64,000 nucleotides of DNA from a virus (taxonomy: Duplodnaviria; Caudoviricetes): the IMG/VR virus record IMGVR_UViG_3300026549_000038, positions 32,001 through 96,000 of that record; one strand, 5' to 3'. Each line of letters begins with the position of its first letter. The stretch's first letter is position 1. The notes below the pieces were generated by a model. It did no database searches and was not told the origin of the DNA. It worked only from the letters and a program-made list of their open reading frames with translations. A program made the translations under genes and the position numbers. This document shows, one piece after another, positions 56,857-64,000 of this stretch.

Positions 56857-57246
56857 CTACTCGTCTGGCACCAGTTTATATCCTTTATAAAAATGCTCCG
56901 CCACATAACCTATCACATATGCATAGGCTTCGGCTACGCCTTCTACCTCAACCCCCCGGTCTCTGAGCACTTCTCGCACGGAATGGAACATCTCATGTAT
57001 GTCTGAATTAAAATCCTTGCCGATCTCTGACTTTATGCAAACCGCATAGTGTCCGTGATACAAAGTAAACACCTGGCCGGCTGTGTCCTCGTCCTCGAAC
57101 CACTCAATGATTTCAGATTTAGTTTCTCTGTCCAGGGCCCCGAGCTCCGTCATATCTTTCATCCAAGAATTGAGCTCTCGGCGGCTTGGCGCTGATATAA
57201 AATGCACCTCTGCATCGTAGATTGGAATATCAATGTCTCGTATCAT
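56857..57246 (-). CDS. Protein with HExxH zincin-like motif
   Basis: IHEMFH...EAYAY motif. Confidence 0.6.
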   Translation of the reverse strand: MIRDIDIPIYDAEVHFISAPSRRELNSWMKDMTELGALDRETKSEIIEWFEDEDTAGQVFTLYHGHYAVCIKSEIGKDFNSDIHEMFHSVREVLRDRGVEVEGVAEAYAYVIGYVAEHFYKGYKLVPDE

Positions 57247-57303
57247 ATGATGATATATAACCGGAATTGTAAAAAATTTAGTTATTGTTTTGGTTTATTT
57301 TAT

Positions 57304-57366
57304 AAACCAGTTTATGTTACAAACCAGTTTATGTTACAAACCAGTTTATGTTACAAACCAGTTTAT
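57304..57366. repeat. 17-bp tandem repeat x3.7 at the strand switch (iteron-like)
   Basis: AAACCAGTTTATGTTAC three times plus AAACCAGTTTAT. Confidence 0.9.
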
Positions 57367-57519
57367 ATTGTAATTCATAACCCGGATTATAACCCGCGTT
57401 TATATGGCGTAAACAATAGATAAATCTCACAAAAACCATGTTATTTTAAGCGTTCCCTATTATATATAATATAGGTATACCAAACAAATAAATCTATTAA
57501 AAAACATATCAAAATTCCA

Positions 57520-57549
57520 CTAAATATTTTGATTGGTTTGTTATATATA
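57520..57549 (+). promoter_or_regulatory. Phage promoter motif
   Basis: CTAAAT-N12-TTGTTATATATA before 57569; divergent partner at 57254-57281. Confidence 0.75.
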
Positions 57550-57568
57550 AACATAAACCGATTAGATT

Positions 57569-58069
57569 ATGAGTAGCAAGAACGAAATACGAGTAGAGGT
57601 GCTGAGAAGAACGCAGAACAACGCAGCTTTGGTTACAGACGGAGTCAGGGCAGCCTGGGTTCAGGGCAGGTCCGTTAGAGCAGACGGAACGCTGACAAAC
57701 TGGGGTCGCAAAATTATCTCAGCATCGACTATGACCGACGCCGAGGCAAGGGATTACGACGAAACCATAAAAAGGAATCGTCTGCAGAGGGAAAAAGAAA
57801 AGGAAGCCCGGAAGGAAGCCTGGTTGAAATCACAGAAGGCAGAAACGGTTGTTAGACTCAAAAGATGCTGTTGGTTTGGTGCCGCGGGAAAATCATTTAA
57901 GATTTGGCTGGGCCAGATGACGCGGAACATTTACAAGAAGCAGGTAAGAGAATTTGTATATCTCCCACAGAGCCTGGTACGCGCGCAGGAAGACGGCATG
58001 TTCGTTAACCTGTCTATGCCAACTTGGATTAAGAATAAATATAAGTGGGGCACAGCTATAGTGGAGTAA
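57569..58069 (+). CDS. Hypothetical basic protein (probable early gene)
   Basis: Own promoter motif, relatively GC-rich. Confidence 0.65.
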   Translation: MSSKNEIRVEVLRRTQNNAALVTDGVRAAWVQGRSVRADGTLTNWGRKIISASTMTDAEARDYDETIKRNRLQREKEKEARKEAWLKSQKAETVVRLKRCCWFGAAGKSFKIWLGQMTRNIYKKQVREFVYLPQSLVRAQEDGMFVNLSMPTWIKNKYKWGTAIVE

Positions 58070-58074
58070 TTCCG

Positions 58075-58104
58075 CTAAATGCTTTTCTTTTTTTGTTATA
58101 TATA
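58075..58104 (+). promoter_or_regulatory. Phage promoter motif
   Basis: CTAAAT-N12-TTGTTATATATA. Confidence 0.75.
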
Positions 58105-58146
58105 GTCATAACTGAAAACTTTAACTCAGACTAAAGAGGAAAACAT

Positions 58147-58611
58147 ATGACACAGTTAAGCAAGTATTTGAGCAAAGAGACAACAAAGCCAGTGATGACA
58201 ATCGAGTACACCGACAGCAACGTAGCAGGTAGGATCTACGTCATCACAGGACCTATAGCGAGGACCTACAAATATAGCATTCCTAGAAAGAGTTACAAGG
58301 GGCACAGACTCGGAAGCTGGGGAGTGTGGCACCAGTGCCCTAGTGAGGAGTATCGCGAGCAGGTAGCAAAGCTCCAGGCTAAGGGTTGGGAAGAGGATTT
58401 CATCTACCCAGAGAGCGGCTACGAGATTCAGTGCCTCACAAAGACTGAGAAGTTCACCGAGCTTCCGAAGGGCAGACTCATAGGTATCATCAGCGGTACA
58501 GAGATTCTTGATGGGAGAGGAGCAATCCTGGACTACATTCGTAGTAATTTCAGGGGATTCAGTAGTGTAACAGTATATAAAGTACCAGATAACATCGAAG
58601 TGGGCTTGTAG
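58147..58611 (+). CDS. Hypothetical protein (probable early gene)
   Basis: Own promoter motif. Confidence 0.65.
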   Translation: MTQLSKYLSKETTKPVMTIEYTDSNVAGRIYVITGPIARTYKYSIPRKSYKGHRLGSWGVWHQCPSEEYREQVAKLQAKGWEEDFIYPESGYEIQCLTKTEKFTELPKGRLIGIISGTEILDGRGAILDYIRSNFRGFSSVTVYKVPDNIEVGL

Positions 58612-58682
58612 GACCCACACTTTATTCTTACCTTTAGGTGTTGGAAGAGATAGACTAAAAAACTTATAAAAAACTTAAAACC

Positions 58683-58925
58683 ATGGATGAGATATTTAAG
58701 GCGCTTAAACAGATTACAGGAGCAAAACCTGAATGGATTGACAACGGTGTGTATGCATTCCGTGTAGATACCTTGGAGAAATTCAGTACTGTTGTTGCTG
58801 AGGTGGGTACAATGCTCAAGAGCGAGCTTGAACATATAGATGAAGATGAGGAAGGTAACTTTAACATTAAGTTTGGCTTTGACTTCGAAGATCAAAGTTA
58901 TAGTGTAATAGTAGAGGAATGGTAA
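58683..58925 (+). CDS. Small acidic protein
   Basis: 80 aa, D/E-rich. Confidence 0.55.
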   Translation: MDEIFKALKQITGAKPEWIDNGVYAFRVDTLEKFSTVVAEVGTMLKSELEHIDEDEEGNFNIKFGFDFEDQSYSVIVEEW

Positions 58926-58957
58926 ATAGTAAATAAATATTAAATATATTTAATCAT

Positions 58958-59029
58958 TGAGGCATGGTGTAATGGTTAGCACCGCAGATTTTGAGTCTGC
59001 TGGTTTGGGTTCGAGTCCCGATGCCTCAA
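58958..59029 (+). tRNA. tRNA-Gln(UUG)
   Basis: Cloverleaf, U1-A72, loop TTTTGAG. Confidence 0.92.
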
Positions 59030-59046
59030 CAACCAAAATAAATGTT

Positions 59047-60285
59047 ATGAAGACAATATCTTTTGACTTTAAATTAAGAAAAGACATTCAATCCGAAGAA
59101 AACGGATACAAAGGGAGATACAAAGTACAGACAAGGGAAGGAAATCCTGCGAGAATTATTTGCTGGAATAGAAAGGATGATGAGTATCCAATTGTGGCAC
59201 TTGTTGAGGCTTATTCCATTGAAGTCTCACTTTCATACCGCAAGAATGGAATGTATAATTCTACTGATTCTACTTGTGAGTATGATTTACTTCTTGTAGA
59301 TACCTGGGAACCGAAGTTCGAACTCTGGGATAGGATAGTAAACCGGGGAATAACCTTCGATATAGTATCAATTGATTACGCATCAAAGAAATACGGGGTG
59401 GTTTCTGATAGTCCATATACAGACATATGTCGTGTTACGTTTGATGACCAAGACGGATTCGAGCTTGTAAAGCCCTTATCAGGATTCAATTATAATGAAG
59501 GGACTGTTATGAGATGTGCTGAAGGTCCAAATAAAGGTTCTCTTTGGTTAAGATGCAGCGATAAGCTTGTCAAAAGCGATGGAGTCACATTTAGTCCTGC
59601 AGGACGTTACTCTGAGGGACTTTACTACCCGGCAAATAGAAAAGAAACTGATCTGTTCTTTGCTGAACTTGATGAAAATGGATATAAATACAGTCCCGTT
59701 TTGGGGGCCATCACTAAAAAGCCCAAATTCAAAATTGGAGATGGGGTGAGGTATAAGAACGGTGACGGAACTGAGTATAAGATTGTCGACATGCTAGAAG
59801 CCAGCTATCGAGTGATTCAATCAGATAAGAGAACCAAACTGATTTTATTTGATGATGATGACCATCTTGAAATCGCCCCAGCAAATACAGCTAAAGACTT
59901 TAAGGTAGGGCAAGTATTAAAATGTCTTAGTACCGGTCACCTGTGGTTAAACCGTGATGGGGACTGCCTTAAAAGTGATGGACATACTGTATCTATTGGA
60001 GGAACTTACGAAGCGGCCAGCCAGGAGGAGTCTGACAAGTTCTTCAAGGAACTTGATGAAAACGGGTATATATGGAATCCTGAGAAGAGAAAGGTAGAAA
60101 AGAAAGAACCGGAACTTACAGACTTCGAACAAGAAGTAAGAGATATTGTCACATCTGCTCTTACAGTGACTTCGGAAGACGGGTCTTGTTCTCTTACAGT
60201 AGCTGTAGATGATAAGACCGCAAGAAAGATAGCAGTAGGTATAAACAAACTGGTGACTAAAAAACTTTTTCATGAGCGTTTTTAA
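59047..60285 (+). CDS. Modular repeat protein (duplicated KFKxGD / FFxELDENGY modules)
   Basis: Start at MKTIS after the tRNA; internal duplication. Confidence 0.7.
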   Translation: MKTISFDFKLRKDIQSEENGYKGRYKVQTREGNPARIICWNRKDDEYPIVALVEAYSIEVSLSYRKNGMYNSTDSTCEYDLLLVDTWEPKFELWDRIVNRGITFDIVSIDYASKKYGVVSDSPYTDICRVTFDDQDGFELVKPLSGFNYNEGTVMRCAEGPNKGSLWLRCSDKLVKSDGVTFSPAGRYSEGLYYPANRKETDLFFAELDENGYKYSPVLGAITKKPKFKIGDGVRYKNGDGTEYKIVDMLEASYRVIQSDKRTKLILFDDDDHLEIAPANTAKDFKVGQVLKCLSTGHLWLNRDGDCLKSDGHTVSIGGTYEAASQEESDKFFKELDENGYIWNPEKRKVEKKEPELTDFEQEVRDIVTSALTVTSEDGSCSLTVAVDDKTARKIAVGINKLVTKKLFHERF

Positions 60286-60520
60286 GTGTGCAAAATGCGG
60301 CTGTGCCGAGAACTCCGCTTTGGGGTTTTATTGGCTGAGGAACGACCCCAAGATGATTGAATCTCTTGATTGGAGCGAGACTGGAGAAGAATATAAAGGG
60401 AAACCGCTTTGCTCTGAATGCGCTCCAAGAAAGTACCTTAACGGTAAAGAGACCGGGTGGGGTAAGTGGCACGGGAAATTTGATAAACTGCCTTATGATG
60501 AACAATTGAAATCTATTTAA
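60272..60520 (+). CDS. Small Zn-finger protein
   Basis: CAKCGC..EN.A...LCSEC...GKWHGKF. Confidence 0.7.
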   Translation: MSVFKCAKCGCAENSALGFYWLRNDPKMIESLDWSETGEEYKGKPLCSECAPRKYLNGKETGWGKWHGKFDKLPYDEQLKSI

Positions 60521-60521
60521 T

Positions 60522-60962
60522 ATGAAATTTATTAAGCAGCTTGATGAAAACCATTTCATAGTTGAAATGGGTAAAGAGGACACAAATGGCATTCCATCTG
60601 TAGATGTAGCTCATGATTATATACAATTCAATGGGTGGGACTGTCATTGTGAAGACTTTCAAACATATGGACCTTATGGTCATCACAATGTTGTAAGCAA
60701 TCAAGCATCTGTTCAAATACCCATTAGAATGGCTCAAGATATGTTAAAAACCATTCTTAAGCGAGAGTATATGCAACCAGACCATTTAGTGTTCAGTGAC
60801 GGAACATTAAGGTATCTAAATACAACAAATTGTGTCTATAGTTACAGTAATGATGAAGGCACTGAAATGGTTGCTGTAATGGATCCGAAAACAGGAGAAT
60901 TTATTCATTTGCCTTATCGAACTTATTGCGTTGTTAAAAACGAAACTGCTAAAGGAAAATAA
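60522..60962 (+). CDS. Hypothetical protein
   Basis: Operon position. Confidence 0.6.
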   Translation: MKFIKQLDENHFIVEMGKEDTNGIPSVDVAHDYIQFNGWDCHCEDFQTYGPYGHHNVVSNQASVQIPIRMAQDMLKTILKREYMQPDHLVFSDGTLRYLNTTNCVYSYSNDEGTEMVAVMDPKTGEFIHLPYRTYCVVKNETAKGK

Positions 60963-60963
60963 C

Positions 60964-61125
60964 ATGACAAAAGAAAAAACAACACTCAAACACGAAATTC
61001 CTGATTATCTACTGATGCCTTATCGCATTCCAGAATGTAAACTCCCTGTGTTTGAAACACTGTCAGGCAAGGAGAAGCGTAGGAGGCGCAGAGAGTTAGA
61101 ACGCCAAAAGAAGAAAAGAAAGTAA
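60964..61125 (+). CDS. Small Arg/Lys-rich protein
   Basis: C-terminal SGKEKRRRRRELERQKKKRK. Confidence 0.55.
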   Translation: MTKEKTTLKHEIPDYLLMPYRIPECKLPVFETLSGKEKRRRRRELERQKKKRK

Positions 61126-61294
61126 CTATGAAAATTTTTAAGAAACGTAAATCTCTTCGTGATAAATGTATAGAAGCATATGGAGAAGAATTTGGAGAGA
61201 TCTATGATAATCTTTGTAGAGGAATTCCTGTTGGCGGCTTTATGGAAACTACTGTAATACTACAAATGATTGAAGATGTAAAAACAAACAAGTC

Positions 61295-61702
61295 ATGAAA
61301 ATTGATGCAGATAAACTAAAAAGGTTTGTGGGAGAATTAAAAGAACATGCCCAAAGGAATTGTTGCGATGTTTGGGGAATTGTACCAAATGCATTAGAGG
61401 AAGTAGAAGACTTCATCGACTCTCTCCAGAAGGAGCAAGATAGGATGAGGTATTGCATTGAGTATGTCAATCCCCAATATCCACTATTGGATAATGGAGA
61501 ATTGAATATTAGACATCTCCGTGTCCCTGACGAACATGGTGCCGAAATGGCTCTAACCCTTATGCTTTCTTTGGGGGCAAAGATATACAGACTTTATCGT
61601 GGAAATGTGCAGGAGGGAAAACTCGCGGAGTGGTCTACTCCTATGATTGTAGATGCTGATGATTGGTATTCTACAGAGTGGTTGCATAACATTTTAGATT
61701 GA
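61295..61702 (+). CDS. Mosaic-family hypothetical protein
   Basis: IDADKL...IDSLQKEQ modules. Confidence 0.65.
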   Translation: MKIDADKLKRFVGELKEHAQRNCCDVWGIVPNALEEVEDFIDSLQKEQDRMRYCIEYVNPQYPLLDNGELNIRHLRVPDEHGAEMALTLMLSLGAKIYRLYRGNVQEGKLAEWSTPMIVDADDWYSTEWLHNILD

Positions 61703-62268
61703 GGATATTTACTATGAAAGATTATCCACACATACCCGGCTGGAGGCTAAATAAAAATGACAATAAACCAGCAATAAAACATTCTATCCTTATGCTCACA
61801 ACCCATGGCGTTGCTGAAGGAGAATGGGATGGAAACGAATGGATACAATATCGTTGGTCTGCTAAGGTCAAAGATTCAGATGTCTACTACTGGCTTTGTC
61901 TTGAAGATTTGACGCAACTTGAAAAAGAAGGAGACAGTCTCCAGCAAGAGCAGCCTGATTTCCCTTCTAATCTTGAAGAAGCAGCAGAAGAATATGCAAA
62001 TAAAGAATACCCAGATGAGCCATGTGTTGGACGATGGGGCACAGGTGATTATGAGCCACCTGTTGATAATGAATACCCAAGAGAAATTGCAAAAGATGCT
62101 TTCAAAGCAGGTGCAGATGCAATTGTCAATCAGAAAGTTTCTCTTGGATACTTGATTAGTTGGTACATACAATCTGTAGATAGACATCAGCCTATTTGGA
62201 CAGAAGATCACTTAAAAGAGTTAGATAAAGATTTTATACTAATACCGAAGTCTTTAAATAATCCCTAA
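61699..62268 (+). CDS. Mosaic-family hypothetical protein
   Basis: DSLQQEQP, EAAEEYA, DAFKAGA modules. Confidence 0.65.
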   Translation: MRIFTMKDYPHIPGWRLNKNDNKPAIKHSILMLTTHGVAEGEWDGNEWIQYRWSAKVKDSDVYYWLCLEDLTQLEKEGDSLQQEQPDFPSNLEEAAEEYANKEYPDEPCVGRWGTGDYEPPVDNEYPREIAKDAFKAGADAIVNQKVSLGYLISWYIQSVDRHQPIWTEDHLKELDKDFILIPKSLNNP

Positions 62269-62280
62269 ACAAGGTTGGAT

Positions 62281-62565
62281 ATGAAATACATTGACGCAGA
62301 ACTGTTGGAAACTGAACTTAAAAGGAGAATCGAGGAAAGGGATAACATGATGAAGTTGGGGACTTACTTCTCTACTTCCTATGTGTATGAAGATATTCTC
62401 GACCTTATTGATTCTCTCCAGAAGGAGGAAAAAAGTGTTGCTGAAAGATTCGCAAGAATAGTTCGTGGGAATCTAATCGGAATAGACAAAGAGGTGCAAC
62501 AAAAGTTTGAGCAACTTTATTTTGAAGTTACAGGAAATAAAATGTATGGAGGATTCAATGACTAA
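62281..62565 (+). CDS. Mosaic-family hypothetical protein
   Basis: KYIDAE, IDSLQKE modules. Confidence 0.65.
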   Translation: MKYIDAELLETELKRRIEERDNMMKLGTYFSTSYVYEDILDLIDSLQKEEKSVAERFARIVRGNLIGIDKEVQQKFEQLYFEVTGNKMYGGFND

Positions 62566-62728
62566 CTACATTAACGCAGAAAAACTAAAAGTAGAACTTA
62601 ATGAGGCAGCAGAAGAATACGCACCAGATTTTTCAGATAGCATTACTTCTAAAGCAGCAGTCGATGCTATAAGAGATGCTTTCAAGGCAGGTGCAGAGTG
62701 GGTAATAAAACAATTAAAGGAGGAATAG
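62558..62728 (+). CDS. Mosaic-family hypothetical protein
   Basis: YINAEKL, EAAEEYA, DAFKAGAEW modules. Confidence 0.6.
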   Translation: MTNYINAEKLKVELNEAAEEYAPDFSDSITSKAAVDAIRDAFKAGAEWVIKQLKEE

Positions 62729-62730
62729 TT

Positions 62731-63084
62731 ATGAAAATTGACACAGAAAAACTGATTGCTGAGATAGAAAGGCTTTCCGCAGAACATACATCAAGGTGGG
62801 AGACGGATGAAGTTGCGATAGTCCTCGATAAACTTGAAGATTTCATCATCTCTCTCCAGCAAGAGCAACCAAATGTGGATTTGGATGTTGAGATTGAAAA
62901 AGAATTGCGAGCACACTATAATGACGACCAAGACGTATATTGGTGGAACTATCTCAAAAATAGTTTTCGTCATTTCTACGAACTTGGCAGAAAGGGAAAT
63001 AAAGAACCAAATAAGAAACTTAAGAGTTCTAATGATTCCGATATGGGAAGCCCTTGGAGAAATCACATAATAGAAGAATTGTGA
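62731..63084 (+). CDS. Mosaic-family hypothetical protein
   Basis: IDTEKLIAEIERL, SLQQEQP, RHFYELG modules. Confidence 0.65.
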   Translation: MKIDTEKLIAEIERLSAEHTSRWETDEVAIVLDKLEDFIISLQQEQPNVDLDVEIEKELRAHYNDDQDVYWWNYLKNSFRHFYELGRKGNKEPNKKLKSSNDSDMGSPWRNHIIEEL

Positions 63085-63086
63085 AT

Positions 63087-63467
63087 ATGAGTAAATTGAG
63101 AGAAAAATTATCAAAGTGGTTTTTTGATACTGCAAAGAAACTGGATGAAAAAACAGTGATGAATAATTCTTTTGTTATTCCATCATCAACACAGCCTATC
63201 ATAATGTATGACCAGTATCATGTAGAGAGGATTCATGCCCAATATAAGATGAGTGATGCAGTATTGAATGCACATAGACATAATTTTAGTTATAATATTG
63301 ATGACGCAATAAGACGTGAACTTATTGATGAAATAAGTGTACTGCTTTATGACAGTCATAAAGATGATGTGAAAGAAACATTGCAAGCTGATAGTCCTTA
63401 TAATCCATCTACATTATTTACATTGGATGTATATGTTTGCAAACCACAGAAAAAAGAGAGTCAGTAA
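63087..63467 (+). CDS. Hypothetical protein
   Basis: Operon position; start at MSKL. Confidence 0.55.
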   Translation: MSKLREKLSKWFFDTAKKLDEKTVMNNSFVIPSSTQPIIMYDQYHVERIHAQYKMSDAVLNAHRHNFSYNIDDAIRRELIDEISVLLYDSHKDDVKETLQADSPYNPSTLFTLDVYVCKPQKKESQ

Positions 63468-63526
63468 TAGAACAGGTTGGTTTTGAAAGAAAACAAGCGA
63501 TTTGTAGGAAAGAATGAGGAATAGGT

Positions 63527-63991
63527 ATGGCAAAGAAATATATTGACACAGAAAAACTGAAAGCAGAGATAGAAAGGCTATATGATGGTGAAGCACCAAA
63601 GCACGACCAACAATGTGACTTTGATGATGGATATTTTACGGGGATTGGGACAATATCCAGGTTTGTCGACTCTCTCCAGAAGGAGCAGAAGCCCGCAGAG
63701 TGGAGCGAAGAGGATGAAAAGAAAATTCACTTCCTCTCTCGGCTCATTGAGCTCCAAGTGAAGAATACCGAGTATTGTTTTAGCAAGGGATATTTTGTTT
63801 CCAAACAAGAGGCTATCGAAATGCTTAAATCACTCCGTCCACATCTAAAGCAGGAGCAACCTGATGTGGACTTGGAGAAAACGGTTGAATTTGAGTGTAT
63901 CGGGAAAAAAGTAAAAATGACCGTCCAAGAACTCATTAACTATTACATTGACTCGAAATGTGTTGATACGGTCGATGAATGTAGATTTTAA
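63527..63991 (+). CDS. Mosaic-family hypothetical protein
   Basis: KYIDTEKLKAEIERL, DSLQKEQ, EWSEEDE, QEQPDVDLE modules. Confidence 0.65.
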   Translation: MAKKYIDTEKLKAEIERLYDGEAPKHDQQCDFDDGYFTGIGTISRFVDSLQKEQKPAEWSEEDEKKIHFLSRLIELQVKNTEYCFSKGYFVSKQEAIEMLKSLRPHLKQEQPDVDLEKTVEFECIGKKVKMTVQELINYYIDSKCVDTVDECRF

Positions 63992-64000
63992 AACAGGAAA

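Noticed and set aside
57304-57366. CRISPR array
   Set aside because: The repeats are contiguous with no spacers, and there are no cas genes.
58957-59046. N-terminal extension of the 442-aa ORF
   Set aside because: It is tRNA-Gln(UUG); the real start is ATG 59047.

Overview
This window is a 64-kb segment of a large, AT-rich, T4-like (myovirus-type) jumbo phage in the standard genetic code. The host is most likely a Bacteroidota: evidence is a lipoprotein with D-(S/T)-x glycosylation motifs and recurring Bacteroidota-phage gene families. The left part (1-25 kb) holds virion and packaging genes (large terminase with an intein, gp2-like end protector, gp4-like head-completion nuclease, tail/baseplate-like proteins, amidase), UvsW helicase, FolE2 and an S1-domain protein. 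The middle holds RtcB, a five-gene paralog array, DNA ligase, an IS200/IS605 element, QueE/QueD and ThyX. A dense minus-strand RNA region (about 39.9-49.9 kb) carries 28 readable tRNA genes; with one more on the + strand they cover all 20 amino acids. Many non-canonical RNAs are interleaved with them. The best candidates for an undescribed system lie there: (i) a circularly permuted tRNA-like RNA with hexamer repeats, attached to the 3' end of a hypothetical protein gene; (ii) an exon-less group I intron core with a tRNA-like domain in L5 and no P7'/P9; (iii) tRNA bodies with expanded, missing or displaced arms; (iv) several terminally paired 145-270 nt RNAs; (v) a small ArfA-like ORF whose stop codon lies inside a tRNA. 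The right end has a divergent strand switch with 17-bp tandem repeats (candidate origin) and mosaic small genes. All calls come from reading motifs by eye; no searches or folding programs were run.
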